NCBI GenBank assembly: GCA_035519415.1
Contig: DATIWJ010000087.1
Span: 567-64,566, forward strand
Direction: 5' to 3'
DNA length: 64,000 bases
From: Pseudolabrys sp.
GTDB lineage: Bacteria > Pseudomonadota > Alphaproteobacteria > Rhizobiales > Xanthobacteraceae
Each line of letters starts with the position of its first letter. The stretch's first letter is position 1. Positions 53,786 through 64,000 of the stretch are shown here, in pieces. The notes beneath the pieces were generated by a model that was not told the DNA's origin, ran no database searches, and saw only the letters and a list, made by a program, of their open reading frames with translations. A program made the translations under genes and the position numbers.

Positions 53786-56067
53786 TCGTCCGCTTCGAGA
53801 GCGTCGGGACGCGGTGTGACGTCGCCTGATCCGAGCGAGGGCGATAGCCTCGTATCTTTCGCAGCTTCGGGCGAGCCGTGCCCCCACGGGCGATCATAGT
53901 CCGGCGGCAGCGTAACGGTTTGCTCGAATCTGTCGCCCATCCAACGCAACGCCACGGCGCCGCGGGTCCGCCAGACATTTCGATCAACCAGCGCGGCCAC
54001 ACAGTTGGGCGACATTGCCTCCCGTACGCTCACGACCACGGCCGCGCGCGTGCAATCCTCGGCAAGAGCCTCAAGCGCCAAAGCCATCGATATGAGGCGA
54101 CCGTCGCTAAGCTTGCCGATGCAGCCAATAGCGTCGCAGGTCACACCGTTGGCCAGGCTCGGATCTTTCGGTAAGCGCGCATCGGCGTCTGCGGCCAGCC
54201 ATTCCTTGATCGCGAAGCTGTCGCGGCCACTGTGCAGCACGGCGAGCCGCCCATCGGCCCCGCGAAAAGCGGCCGCCTGACCGTCACCGGCAACCAGCAC
54301 ATCGGCGCGCGGAGTGAAAACCGCCCACAGACCTGCGGCGAGGGCAACGACGGCTCCACTCCACCGCAGCGGGGTGCGGAGCAGGCAAACGATCAATAGA
54401 CCTGCCGTTCCAGCCAATAGCGGACCGGTGCCGAAGGCCTGCATGCGTCCGACGGCGCCGGGCAGATTGGCCACCCACAGTGACACCCAGATCATCCAGT
54501 CAATGCCGTCGCCCATAAGACGCCAGAAGATCGAATCGTAACCGAACGGCATTGCCACGACCCCGAGAATGCCCATCGGCATGACGGCGGCCGAAACCAC
54601 CGGCATGGCCAGCAGATTTGCCAGAGTTCCGTAGGGCGCCAGTCGATGAAAGTGGTAAGCGGCATAGGGTGTCGTAGCGAGCCCGGCGACCAGCGAAGCC
54701 AGGATCAATCCCGCGAATTCCCGGACGCCCCATAGCGCCATGCGCAGGCCGAGAGAACTATCGCGATCGGCATGCCATGGAAGCCCATGCTGATAGGCGG
54801 CGATAAGCGCCAGCGTTGCGGCGAAGGACATCTGGAAGCTCGGATGCACGACCGCCTGCGGCGCCAACACCAGGACCGCGATGGCCGCGACAGCGAGCGT
54901 ACGAAACGTAAGCGTGGGACGATCCAGCATGACGCCCACAAGTACGATCGCGATCATGATGAAGGAGCGTTGGGTTGCGACTTCAGCCCCGGACAACAAA
55001 AGATAAAACGTTGCCGCGATCAGTGCGCCAAACGCCGCCCATTTTTTTATGGGATGGCGGTTCGCCAGCAATGGGATCAAGGCAAGTCCAGCGCGAATAA
55101 CGAAAAATACAATGCCGGCAACCACGGCCATGTGATAGCCGGAAATCGACAGCACGTGCGCAAGGCTTGAGACATACATTGCATCGTTGACCGGTGTCGA
55201 TATCGCGTCGCGTTTTCCGGTGATCAGCGCGGAGGCGATTGACCCGTTGTCGCCCGGGATGACTGCACGGATGCGCTTGTCGATTGTTTCGCGCAGATCA
55301 TCGATTATGGTGGCATAGCGCAGCCAGAACCCGCCGGTGAATGGCGGCGTTGCGACCTTCACCGCACCAAGGGCGTAGCCGGAAGCTCCGATACGCTGGA
55401 AATACATATCGCGCGCGAAATCGTAGCCTCCGGGACGCAGCGGCTGTAGTGGCGGAGATAGATGCGCCTTGAATTCGACAAAACTGCCGACGGCGGGGGC
55501 GCCGCCTTTGCGCACGGCGACGCGCACGCGATTTGGCACGGGCGCGGCGCGCGCCTCATCGAAACGTTGGACACGCACCACAATGCGATCGCTACGCTCT
55601 CGCTCCTCGCGGATTTCGACGAAGCCCGCGACCGAAACACTCGACAGGGGAAACTGCAAGATGGGGTGCGCAATGCGCGCGCTCTGCACAGTGGCAATAG
55701 CGAGACCCGCAGTACATGCGGCAAACCCAAGCGAAAGAGGAAAGGCAATCGGGCGCCGGCGCGCCAGGAACGTCACCGAGATGCCGCCCAGCGCCAGCAT
55801 CGAACTCGCCCACCAAGCCGGCTCGTGATCGGCAGTAAAATACACCACGACGCCAAACCCGAAGGCGACGGGCAGCCATGGCATCAGCCGGCCCGGTGCA
55901 ACCTCAGCCGCAGCCCACTGCGAGACCAGGCCACGCAGCCAGCCAGCCGCGTTGGCAACGCCATCCGGCAGCAACAGACCCGCGGGACGCCCGGCAGCGT
56001 CCAAACCTGGCGCCCAGGTCTTCGCGCCAGCCCGCGAGTTGCCACGATTGGAATTCTGTCGTGCCAT
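53782..56067 (-). CDS. comEC: ComEC/Rec2 competence protein
   Basis: [36 protein letters not shown]. Confidence 0.92.
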   Translation of the reverse strand: MARQNSNRGNSRAGAKTWAPGLDAAGRPAGLLLPDGVANAAGWLRGLVSQWAAAEVAPGRLMPWLPVAFGFGVVVYFTADHEPAWWASSMLALGGISVTFLARRRPIAFPLSLGFAACTAGLAIATVQSARIAHPILQFPLSSVSVAGFVEIREERERSDRIVVRVQRFDEARAAPVPNRVRVAVRKGGAPAVGSFVEFKAHLSPPLQPLRPGGYDFARDMYFQRIGASGYALGAVKVATPPFTGGFWLRYATIIDDLRETIDKRIRAVIPGDNGSIASALITGKRDAISTPVNDAMYVSSLAHVLSISGYHMAVVAGIVFFVIRAGLALIPLLANRHPIKKWAAFGALIAATFYLLLSGAEVATQRSFIMIAIVLVGVMLDRPTLTFRTLAVAAIAVLVLAPQAVVHPSFQMSFAATLALIAAYQHGLPWHADRDSSLGLRMALWGVREFAGLILASLVAGLATTPYAAYHFHRLAPYGTLANLLAMPVVSAAVMPMGILGVVAMPFGYDSIFWRLMGDGIDWMIWVSLWVANLPGAVGRMQAFGTGPLLAGTAGLLIVCLLRTPLRWSGAVVALAAGLWAVFTPRADVLVAGDGQAAAFRGADGRLAVLHSGRDSFAIKEWLAADADARLPKDPSLANGVTCDAIGCIGKLSDGRLISMALALEALAEDCTRAAVVVSVREAMSPNCVAALVDRNVWRTRGAVALRWMGDRFEQTVTLPPDYDRPWGHGSPEAAKDTRLSPSLGSGDVTPRPDALEADD

Positions 56068-56097
56068 TGCGCCGGGGCGCCTCCCCGACGCTTGCCT

Positions 56098-56138
56098 GCT
56101 ACAACCTGGCGTATATTAACTCATCCACAGGTTGTAGC
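56098..56138. other. Perfect 11-bp inverted repeat between glnS and comEC
   Basis: GCTACAACCTG-N19-CAGGTTGTAGC. Confidence 0.6.
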
Positions 56139-56150
56139 CATAGATTTCAA

Positions 56151-57836
56151 TCAGCCTGTGGCTTTCTCCTTGGCCCAGGTATCGCGCAAGCCGATCGTGC
56201 GGCCAAAGACAGGCATTCCGGATTTCGAATGGCGATCAAGACAGAAATAGCCTTGCCGCTCGAACTGCACCGGTTGCTCCACCTTTGTGTCGGCCAGCGC
56301 AGGTTCAAGACGCGCCTGGCCTAATACCTCGATTGAGTTCGGATTGAGATCCGCAGTGAACCCTTCCCCACCGCTTGGATCGGGTCTGGTGAACAGCGGA
56401 TTGTAAAGCCGCACTTCCGCTGGAATGGAGTGCGCAGCCGAGACCCAGTGGATGGTGGCCTTCACCTTGCGTCCATCCGGCGCGTTGCCGCCGCGCGTCG
56501 CCGGGTCATAGGTGCACCGCAGCTCGGTCACCTCACCCTTGGCGTTCTTCACAGACTCGCGGCAGGTTATGAAATAGGCATAGCGCAGACGAACTTCAGT
56601 ACCGGGAGAAAGCCGGAAGAATTTCTTCGGCGGATTCTCCATGAAATCGTCCTGCTCTATGTAGATTTCGCGAGCGAATTTGACCTTGCGTGCGCCGGCG
56701 GCCGCATCATCAGGATGATTAACCGCCTCGAGTTCTTCAACTTTCCCTTCCGGGTAATTCTCGATCACCACCTTGAGTGGCCGCAACACGGCCATGCGGC
56801 GGAGCGCTTTTTTATTGAGGATCTCGCGCACTGAAAAGTCGAACATCCCCATGTCGACAATGCTGTTGGCTTTAGCGACGCCGATGCGTTTGATGAAATC
56901 ACGTATGGCTTCAGGCGGTACTCCTCGCCGGCGCAGGCCGGCAAGCGTCGGCATTCGCGGGTCATCCCAACCGCTCACATGGCCATCGCGTACCAGTTCG
57001 GTGAGAACGCGCTTGGACAGAACGGTGTACGTAAGATTGAGACGCGCGAACTCATATTGATGAGGCCGCGACGGGACTTTCAGATTGTCGATGAACCAGT
57101 CGTAGAGCGGCCGGTGATCTTCAAATTCCAGCGTGCAAATCGAATGGGTGATGTGCTCGAGCGCGTCGGATTGCCCGTGCGCAAAATCATAGCTCGGATA
57201 GATCTTCCATTCAGTGCCGGTGCGTGGATGGTTTGCATGCAGGATTCTGTAAAGCACAGGGTCCCGCAGATTGATATTGCCCGATGCCATGTCGATCTTG
57301 GCGCGGAGCACGCGTGCACCGTTGGGAAATTCGCCGACGCGCATGCGGCGGAAAAGGTCAAGATTCTCATCGACCCCACGGTCGCGGAACGGGCTGTTCC
57401 TGCCCGGCTCCGTCAACGTGCCGCGGTTAACCCGCATGTCGTGCGGGCTCTGATCATCGACATAGGCCTTGCCGGCCCGGATCAGGTCCTCCGCCCATAC
57501 ATAGAGCTGCTCGAAATAATCGGAGGCATGGTACAGATGCTTCCCCCAGTCGAAGCCCAGCCAGCGCACGTCGCGTTCGATTGCGTCGATATATTCCTGC
57601 TCTTCTTTGGTCGGATTCGTATCGTCGAAGCGCAAATGACAACGGCCGCCGAATTCCTCCGCGATTCCGAAGTTCAGGCAGATTGACTTGGCGTGGCCAA
57701 TGTGCAGGTAGCCGTTGGGCTCCGGCGGAAAGCGCGTAACGACGCTTTTGACGCGGCTCGAATCGAGGTCGGCCTTGACGATATCGCGGATGAAATCCCG
57801 CCCTGCGTCCGCTACTGCCGCCGCGTCTGATGCCAT
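56151..57836 (-). CDS. glnS: Glutamine--tRNA ligase
   Basis: [53 protein letters not shown]. Confidence 0.95.
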   Translation of the reverse strand: MASDAAAVADAGRDFIRDIVKADLDSSRVKSVVTRFPPEPNGYLHIGHAKSICLNFGIAEEFGGRCHLRFDDTNPTKEEQEYIDAIERDVRWLGFDWGKHLYHASDYFEQLYVWAEDLIRAGKAYVDDQSPHDMRVNRGTLTEPGRNSPFRDRGVDENLDLFRRMRVGEFPNGARVLRAKIDMASGNINLRDPVLYRILHANHPRTGTEWKIYPSYDFAHGQSDALEHITHSICTLEFEDHRPLYDWFIDNLKVPSRPHQYEFARLNLTYTVLSKRVLTELVRDGHVSGWDDPRMPTLAGLRRRGVPPEAIRDFIKRIGVAKANSIVDMGMFDFSVREILNKKALRRMAVLRPLKVVIENYPEGKVEELEAVNHPDDAAAGARKVKFAREIYIEQDDFMENPPKKFFRLSPGTEVRLRYAYFITCRESVKNAKGEVTELRCTYDPATRGGNAPDGRKVKATIHWVSAAHSIPAEVRLYNPLFTRPDPSGGEGFTADLNPNSIEVLGQARLEPALADTKVEQPVQFERQGYFCLDRHSKSGMPVFGRTIGLRDTWAKEKATG

Positions 57837-57950
57837 GCCGCACTGCCCTTTTGCTGATTGCGCATTCGCCGGAACGGCACGGCGCGCGGCCTATGTGCCA
57901 AATCCCGGCCGTCGCCTCAAGCCGCATGTTCAGCTTGAATTCGCGCATTG

Positions 57951-57980
57951 GCAAACAAAAAGCCCGGCGCGAGCCGGGCC
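57951..57980 (-). terminator. Intrinsic terminator, cassette copy A
   Basis: Minus strand GCCCGGC-TCGC-GCCGGGC-TTTTTGTTT. Confidence 0.8.
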
Positions 57981-58060
57981 TTCGTTGCCGAGTCGAGGCG
58001 ATATAGACTTCAGACGATCTCGTAGAAGTCCCGCCCGCCGTCAGCTGCGTCGAAGCAATC

Positions 58061-58420
58061 TTATCGTGCCGAGGTTCCACCCCTGCTACCGCCGCTACCA
58101 CCATTGCCTTGAACCACACCGACCTTGCCGCTCTTAATATCGTTATAGTTGACATGAGGGCCGGGATTTGAGGCGCCTGTCCATCCTCCTCTCCCTGGTT
58201 CATTCTCCTGCACAATGACTTGAGGCTTTTTGGCCGCTTCGTCGGTGCGTCTCTCCGCCCTACTGAGACAACGTTGATCCGGCCTAAGCGTTTTATCTCT
58301 TGCTGTGGAGGCGTTGGGGCAGGTTTGGGTTGTTTGCGCCGAAGCCGGTAGAGTCCACACAGCGCTAAGGGTCGCGGCGCCGAAGACGAGCAGAGCAAGT
58401 TTGATCGACGTTTTTGTCAT
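58061..58420 (-). CDS. Small secreted protein, paralog A (unknown family)
   Basis: Signal peptide MTKTSIK...TLPASA/Q; TCPNASTARDKTLRPDQRC; Gly-rich ...GGTSAR; start 58420 (58426 alternative). Confidence 0.75.
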   Translation of the reverse strand: MTKTSIKLALLVFGAATLSAVWTLPASAQTTQTCPNASTARDKTLRPDQRCLSRAERRTDEAAKKPQVIVQENEPGRGGWTGASNPGPHVNYNDIKSGKVGVVQGNGGSGGSRGGTSAR

Positions 58421-58526
58421 TGGCATTCCCATTTTGATTTTTGCACGGCACTGCCGGCAGGAAAGCGTTGGCAACATCCTGCATGGCGACGGTCACTCGT
58501 CATGAGCAACTCAGATTCACTACCGT

Positions 58527-58595
58527 GCGCGATCCGAACGTGATCTGACGGCCGCATTGGGGAAAGGTTCATCTTGGCTGAAATGAATCAGGCGA
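58527..58595 (-). promoter_or_regulatory. Conserved upstream block A with ECF-like promoter TGAACC-N16-GTCA
   Basis: 38/50 ungapped identity with 59180-59229, including a 12-bp identical run. Confidence 0.55.
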
Positions 58596-58616
58596 ACGTA
58601 GGACATTGCTCGCCCA

Positions 58617-58650
58617 GCAAACAAAAAGCCCGGCGCGTAGCCGGGCTTTC
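58617..58650 (-). terminator. Intrinsic terminator, cassette copy B
   Basis: AAAGCCCGGC-N5-GCCGGGCTTT followed by a T-tract on the minus strand; 21 nt identical to 57951-57971. Confidence 0.85.
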
Positions 58651-58675
58651 CGTTTAAACGGATCTCACGTGTCAG

Positions 58676-59104
58676 CTATCGTGCCGAGCGACCACCCCTA
58701 CCGCCGCCGTTGCCGCCGAGCCCCGACGCGCTCCCTGATCCGGCAACCCCCCCGCCGCCGCCTACGACAATTCGATAGGGGTCACCATTGCGGTTGACGC
58801 CATCATAGATGACGACAGGATTTTTGTTTCTGTCGAACGTATCCGTTGTCTTTTGGGGAGGATTTGCTGCAGTAAACGCTTGTACAGCCTTACCAGCCCG
58901 TTCAGCCGCTTCGTTGGTGTATGTCTCCGACGTCGCGTTGACACAGCGCGAATCCGGCCTTTGAACTTTATCTCTTGCGGTGGATTTATTATCGCAGGTT
59001 TGGTCTCTTGGTTTATAAGTTTGCGCCGAGGCCGGCAGAGTCATCGCGGCGCTAACGCTTGCGGCAGCGACAGCAAACAGCACTGATGTGATCGACGTTT
59101 TCAT
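58676..59104 (-). CDS. Small secreted protein, paralog B (unknown family)
   Basis: Signal peptide MKTSIT...TLPASA/Q; TCDNKSTARDKVQRPDSRC; Gly-rich ...GGRSAR. Confidence 0.8.
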   Translation of the reverse strand: MKTSITSVLFAVAAASVSAAMTLPASAQTYKPRDQTCDNKSTARDKVQRPDSRCVNATSETYTNEAAERAGKAVQAFTAANPPQKTTDTFDRNKNPVVIYDGVNRNGDPYRIVVGGGGGVAGSGSASGLGGNGGGRGGRSAR

Positions 59105-59179
59105 TTGGCATTCCTTTTCGAATTTCAGACTACTTTGCTAAAGCGTCACCGCTCTCAGCGAACACTCTTTACTTATCCC

Positions 59180-59248
59180 GCGCGGTCCGAACCCGGCGTG
59201 ACTGCTGCATTGAGCTTAGGTTCATCTTGATGAAATCGCGTCAGCCGA
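59180..59248 (-). promoter_or_regulatory. Conserved upstream block B with ECF-like promoter TGAACC-N16-GTCA
   Basis: Same motif and spacing as 58527-58595. Confidence 0.55.
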
Positions 59249-59412
59249 CCGGAGGATGCCGTGCGCTGGAGTCGCGCATAGGGCACGCTAACCAAGAAAT
59301 CCTTGTTCTAAATTTGTCGTTTTAAGCCACAAATTTTGGGTATCGAGTCAAAACTTATGATACACGGGCGCAATATATTGACCGTTGGGCGTCGAATTTA
59401 CCGATCCTGAAA

Positions 59413-60837
59413 ATGGCCGAAGAGATTGTCACCCGTTTTGCGCCCTCGCCTACCGGTTTCCTTCACATTGGCGGGGGCAGAACCGCCCTGTTCAATTGGC
59501 TGTACGCACGTCGGCACAATGGCAAGATGTTGCTGCGCATCGAGGATACCGACCGTGAACGATCAACAGCGGCGGCCATCAACGCCATCATCGACGGCCT
59601 GACCTGGCTCGGGCTGACTTGGGATGGCGAAATCGTTTTCCAGTTTTCCCGTGCGGCGCGTCATCGCCAGGTGGCGGAACAGCTGCTCGCCTCCGGCCAT
59701 GGCTACAAATGCTATTGCAGCCCCGACGAGCTCGCCGCAATGCGCGAGAAAGCCCGAGCAGAGGGCCGCACGCGCCTCTATGACGGCCGCTGTCGCGACC
59801 GCGATCCGAAAGACGCGCCTGCCGGGGTCAACCCCGTTATTCGCCTCAAGGCGCCCCTGACCGGGGAAACGATCGTCGAGGATCAGGTGCAGGGCCGCGT
59901 GATCTGGCAGAACGAGAACCTTGATGATTTCGTGCTGCTGCGGTCGGACGGTACACCCACCTACATGCTGGCGGTGGTCGTGGACGATCACGACATGGGC
60001 ATCACCCACATCATCCGCGGTGACGATCACCTTAATAACGGCGCTCGCCAAACGCAGATCTATCAGGCGCTGGGCTGGAAGGTTCCGGTGATGGCACACA
60101 TCCCGCTCATCCATGGGCCGGATGGCTCCAAGCTGTCGAAGCGTCACGGAGCACTGGGCATCGATGCCTACCGCGCAATGGGATATCTGCCAGCCGCCAT
60201 GAGAAATTATTTGGTGCGCCTCGGGTGGGCGCACGGCGACCAGGAAATCTTCACGACCCAGGAAATGATCGCCGCCTTCGATCTTGCGCAGATAGGTCGC
60301 TCGCCTGCGCGCTTCGATTTCACAAAACTCGAAAGCCTTAACGGCCACTACATCCGTTCAAGTGATGACGCTGATCTTCTCGCCGCCATAGAACAACTTT
60401 TGCCGCACATTGCCGGGGGGCAGGAACTCGCAAGCAAAATGACGCCGGCGCTACGCGCCAAACTACTGGCAGCCATGCCCGGACTGAAGGAGCGAGCCAA
60501 GACTTTGGTCGAGCTGTTCGACGCATCGCGCTTTCTGTGGACAAGCAGGCCGCTCGATATCAACGATCAGGCGAAGGCTCTTCTCACCGACGAGGCCAAG
60601 ACCCTGATTGCCGCCCTGCTGCCTGAATTGGAGGCGGTTGCAGACTGGAACGCGACCTCCGCTGAAGCGGTTGTACGGCCTTACGCCGAGCGCGCCGGCC
60701 TGAAACTTGGCGCCGTCGCGCAACCTTTGCGCGCCGCCCTCACGGGCCGGACGACATCGCCGCCGATCTTCGACGTTCTTGCGGTCCTTGGCCGAGATGA
60801 AAGTTTGGCCCGGCTGCGGGATCAGACGGCACACTAA
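59413..60837 (+). CDS. gltX: Glutamate--tRNA ligase
   Basis: [34 protein letters not shown]. Confidence 0.97.
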   Translation: MAEEIVTRFAPSPTGFLHIGGGRTALFNWLYARRHNGKMLLRIEDTDRERSTAAAINAIIDGLTWLGLTWDGEIVFQFSRAARHRQVAEQLLASGHGYKCYCSPDELAAMREKARAEGRTRLYDGRCRDRDPKDAPAGVNPVIRLKAPLTGETIVEDQVQGRVIWQNENLDDFVLLRSDGTPTYMLAVVVDDHDMGITHIIRGDDHLNNGARQTQIYQALGWKVPVMAHIPLIHGPDGSKLSKRHGALGIDAYRAMGYLPAAMRNYLVRLGWAHGDQEIFTTQEMIAAFDLAQIGRSPARFDFTKLESLNGHYIRSSDDADLLAAIEQLLPHIAGGQELASKMTPALRAKLLAAMPGLKERAKTLVELFDASRFLWTSRPLDINDQAKALLTDEAKTLIAALLPELEAVADWNATSAEAVVRPYAERAGLKLGAVAQPLRAALTGRTTSPPIFDVLAVLGRDESLARLRDQTAH

Positions 60838-60972
60838 AGTTTCATATCGGGCCAATTATCCCGGGCGTGCCTATATGCATAGCGATGCAAGGCTTTTCGC
60901 TATCTTGCAGTGCACACTTGAATGGGATACCCACAAAGCAGCACCGTTCGCGGCCAATTCGAGGGCCCTACC

Positions 60973-62283
60973 ATGGACGTCAAGACCAGCGCCAAGAATA
61001 AAACCGGCACACTGACGGTTGGTAACAATAACTGGGACATGCCGATCCATCCCGGCACGATCGGTCCTGACGTCGTGGACATCTCGAACCTTTACGGCCA
61101 AAGCGGGATGTTCACCTATGACCCGGGCTTTACCTCCACGGCCAGCTGCGAGTCTAAGATCACCTATATCGACGGTGACGAAGGCGTCCTGCTCTATCGA
61201 GGCTACCCGATTGAACAACTCGCCGAGCACGGCGACTTCCTGGAGACTTGCTACCTGCTGCTCTACGGCGAATTGCCGACCACTGCACAGAAGGCCGACT
61301 TTGACTATCGTGTAACTCGCCACACGATGGTTCACGAGCAGATGAGCCGGTTCTTCCAGGGCTTCCGCCGTGACGCACACCCGATGGCAGTGATGACCGG
61401 ATGCGTGGGCGCGTTGTCGGCTTTCTATCACGACTCTACCGACATCTCGGATCCGCACCAGCGGATGATCGCTTCGATCCGCATGATCGCGAAGGTGCCA
61501 ACGCTCGCCGCGATGGCGTACAAATATTCGATCGGCCAGCCCTTCGTCTATCCGAAGAACGATCTCGACTACGCGTCCAACTTCCTGCGCATGTGCTACG
61601 CGGTGCCGACCGAGGATTACAAGCCAAACCCGGTATTGGCGCGCGCCATGGACCGCATCTTCATCCTGCACGCCGACCATGAGCAAAATGCCTCGACATC
61701 GACGGTGCGGCTCGCCGGTTCTTCCGGGGCAAACCCGTTCGCCTGCATTGCGGCCGGCTGCGCGTGCCTCTGGGGTCCGGCACATGGCGGCGCCAACGAG
61801 GCCGCGCTGAACATGCTGCGCGAGATCGGTACGGTCGACCGCATTCCGGAATTCATCAAGCGCGCAAAGGACAAGAATGATTCATACCGGCTGATGGGTT
61901 TCGGCCACCGCGTCTACAAGAACTATGATCCGCGCGCCAAGATCATGCAGAAGACGTGTCACGAAGTGCTGACAGAACTTGGCGTCAAGGACGATCCACT
62001 GCTTGACGTTGCCATGGAGCTCGAGAAGATCGCCTTGCACGATAATTACTTCATCGAAAAGAAGCTTTATCCGAATATTGATTTTTATTCGGGCATCACC
62101 CTCAAAGCCATGGGCTTCCCGACAACTATGTTCACCGTCCTGTTCGCGGTGGCACGCACAGTCGGCTGGATTGCGCAGTGGAAGGAAATGATCGAGGACC
62201 CGAAACAGAAGATCGGCCGGCCGCGTCAACTGTATACGGGCGCCACTCGTCGGGACTACGCGCCGATTTCGCGACGGAAGTAA
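60973..62283 (+). CDS. gltA: Citrate synthase (type II)
   Basis: [39 protein letters not shown]. Confidence 0.97.
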   Translation: MDVKTSAKNKTGTLTVGNNNWDMPIHPGTIGPDVVDISNLYGQSGMFTYDPGFTSTASCESKITYIDGDEGVLLYRGYPIEQLAEHGDFLETCYLLLYGELPTTAQKADFDYRVTRHTMVHEQMSRFFQGFRRDAHPMAVMTGCVGALSAFYHDSTDISDPHQRMIASIRMIAKVPTLAAMAYKYSIGQPFVYPKNDLDYASNFLRMCYAVPTEDYKPNPVLARAMDRIFILHADHEQNASTSTVRLAGSSGANPFACIAAGCACLWGPAHGGANEAALNMLREIGTVDRIPEFIKRAKDKNDSYRLMGFGHRVYKNYDPRAKIMQKTCHEVLTELGVKDDPLLDVAMELEKIALHDNYFIEKKLYPNIDFYSGITLKAMGFPTTMFTVLFAVARTVGWIAQWKEMIEDPKQKIGRPRQLYTGATRRDYAPISRRK

Positions 62284-62289
62284 GTCGCG

Positions 62290-63333
62290 TTAACTGCTTT
62301 TCCCGTTACTTTTTCCATTGAGCTTCGGCGCGCTGGCGCCGTCATAGGCCCATTGCACGTAAACGCCGGCCCAAGTGAAACCGCCGCCGAAGGCGGCGAG
62401 GACCAGGCGGTCACCGCGCTTTAATTTGGGCTCGTAGTCCCACAAGCAAAGAGGAATGGTGGCATTGGTCGTGTTGCCATATTTTTGAATCGTCACCATC
62501 ACCTTGTCCATCGGCAGACCCATACGCTCGGCGGTCGACTCGATGATGCGCTTGTTGGCTTGATGTGGAACGAGCCAATCAATCATGTCTGCGCGTAGAT
62601 TGTTGCGCGCCATGATCTCACCCGCGACCTCGGCCATCTTGGCGATGGCAAATTTATAGACGGCCGCCCCTTCCTGGTGGACATAGTGCAGCCGCTTGGC
62701 GACCGTTTCCGCAGTCGGCGGCATCCGGCTTCCGCCCGCTTTTTGATGCAAATGAATCATTCCCGAACCGTCTGAGCGGATCAGGCTATCCATAATGCCG
62801 TAGCCGGCGTTGTCGGGTTCCACGAGCACCGCGCCGGCCGCATCGCCGAACAGCACGCACGTCGCGCGGTTGGTGTAATCAATGATCGAAGACATCTTGT
62901 CGGCGCCGACCACAACAACCTTGCGCGCTACCCCGGTGGTAATGAATTGCGCCGCGATCGTGAGCGAGTACAGGAAACCCGAGCAGGCAGCCTGTACGTC
63001 GAAACTGCCAACATTGCGCACACCGACCATTTCGCAGATCAGGTTGGCGGTGGACGGGAATTGCATGTCCGGCGTAGTGGTCGCGCAAATCAGGAGATCG
63101 ACCTCTTCGGGCTTGGTGTGGGTCTTCTGGAGCAAACCGCGCACGGCTTCAGCGGCCATGTGCGAGGTGCCGAGGCCCTCGCCCTTCAGAATGTGGCGTT
63201 CCTTGATCCCGGTGCGCTCGGTGATCCAGGCATCGCTCGTATCCACCATGCGCGCGAGTTCTGCGTTGGTGAGCAGATCCGGCGGAAGGTAGCCATGTAC
63301 AGCAGTGATTGACGCGCGGGGAGGCAGGGTCAA
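62290..63333 (-). CDS. fabH: Beta-ketoacyl-ACP synthase III
   Basis: Cys-His-Asn triad AACSGF / VPHQAN / YGNT; TTG start. Confidence 0.93.
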   Translation of the reverse strand: MTLPPRASITAVHGYLPPDLLTNAELARMVDTSDAWITERTGIKERHILKGEGLGTSHMAAEAVRGLLQKTHTKPEEVDLLICATTTPDMQFPSTANLICEMVGVRNVGSFDVQAACSGFLYSLTIAAQFITTGVARKVVVVGADKMSSIIDYTNRATCVLFGDAAGAVLVEPDNAGYGIMDSLIRSDGSGMIHLHQKAGGSRMPPTAETVAKRLHYVHQEGAAVYKFAIAKMAEVAGEIMARNNLRADMIDWLVPHQANKRIIESTAERMGLPMDKVMVTIQKYGNTTNATIPLCLWDYEPKLKRGDRLVLAAFGGGFTWAGVYVQWAYDGASAPKLNGKSNGKSS

Positions 63334-63389
63334 AGGCTGAAATCCGGTTTTCTAGAATGACATACGCCTATCCGGGACCGCGCAGCAAG

Positions 63390-64000
63390 TCATACCGAAG
63401 GGCGCGCCAAAGCCAGCGTTTCCGGCACTGACCCGCGTTTGTGGTCCGCAATATCGACCACGATGGCCGCTGCTCGATCGCTGGGACTAGCTTTACCGGT
63501 CTCTAAAACGACGTCCAGGCGGGCGAATGCGTCGATCTGTCGCCGACGCTCTGGTGTATCGCTCAACAGCGGCATCAAAGCCTTGGCGAGCCGACCCGGA
63601 GTGCAGTCCCGCTGAAGAAATTCCGGAACCACATTTTCGCCCAGCACGAGATTGGCAAGGATTACGGACGGAACGTTGAGAAGGAGACGCGCCGCCAATT
63701 CTTCGACCAGGGATACCCTGTAGGCCGCCACCATCGGGACGCCGGAAATTGCCAGCTCCAGCGTCGAGGTGCCCGATTTTGTCAGCGCCGCACGCGCCAC
63801 GCGAAACGCTTCATGTTTTTCGTCCGTGTTCGATATCACGCGGGCTGGAACACGCCATGAGGCAATTGCCGCTCGAACGGTATCTGCAAGTCTCGGTACA
63901 GTCGGCACAACAACCTCGACCGCGCCAAACTGCTCGCCGACGCGGGCGATCGTGACACCAAATACCGGCGCCATCCGACGAACCTCACCCGTGCGGCTGC
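63390..64000 (-). CDS. lpxB: Lipid-A-disaccharide synthase, 3' part (runs off window end)
   Basis: SRTGEVRRMAPVF, ALTKSGTSTLELA, LANLVLGENVVPEFLQ. Confidence 0.92.
   Translation of the reverse strand, partial: SRTGEVRRMAPVFGVTIARVGEQFGAVEVVVPTVPRLADTVRAAIASWRVPARVISNTDEKHEAFRVARAALTKSGTSTLELAISGVPMVAAYRVSLVEELAARLLLNVPSVILANLVLGENVVPEFLQRDCTPGRLAKALMPLLSDTPERRRQIDAFARLDVVLETGKASPSDRAAAIVVDIADHKRGSVPETLALARPSV

Noticed and set aside
58010-58060. In-frame read-through peptide DCFDAADGGRDFYEIV after the paralog A stop
   Set aside because: TAA stop, no counterpart in paralog B, and no recoding signal; likely chance.
57454-58398. 314-aa minus-strand ORF (and other long shadow ORFs such as 23944-24885, 27149-28144, 60871-61785)
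   Set aside because: They overlap well-supported genes in another frame or strand and have no recognisable motifs; expected in GC-rich DNA.
58061-59104. Paralog pair as RiPP precursors of a biosynthetic cluster
   Set aside because: No modifying enzyme, protease or exporter adjacent; both have ordinary Sec-type signals. Kept only as a remote possibility.

Overview
GC-rich alphaproteobacterial chromosome segment (gene order and sequences suggest Hyphomicrobiales, Xanthobacteraceae/Nitrobacteraceae-like; inference). Most of it is core genome: metG-tatD-MBL, mazG, hflX-hfq-dat-ntrXY-ntrCB-dusB, ispDF-cinA, ratA-lipA, cysK-lpdA, pdhCBA-ftsB, eno, queF, kdsA, pyrG, secG, tpiA, ppiD-trpEGDC-moaC-moeA-lexA, comEC, glnS, gltX, gltA, lpxB. 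Several small accessory insertions sit between these conserved blocks. The non-coding signals read directly from the sequence are a 28-bp XerC/D dif-like site at 5251-5278 with matching KOPS and gene-strand polarity (the window probably contains the replication terminus), LexA boxes, a CtrA box upstream of ftsB, and several terminators. The best novelty candidate is a ~0.65-kb tandemly duplicated cassette between glnS and gltX. Each copy has an ECF-like promoter, a small secreted protein with a conserved C-x-N-x-STARDK-xx-RPD-x-RC loop and a Gly-rich ...SAR tail, and an identical terminator. A FabH resembling Bacteroidota/FCB enzymes lies between gltA and lpxB. I recognised no tRNA, rRNA, CRISPR array, IS element or prophage.
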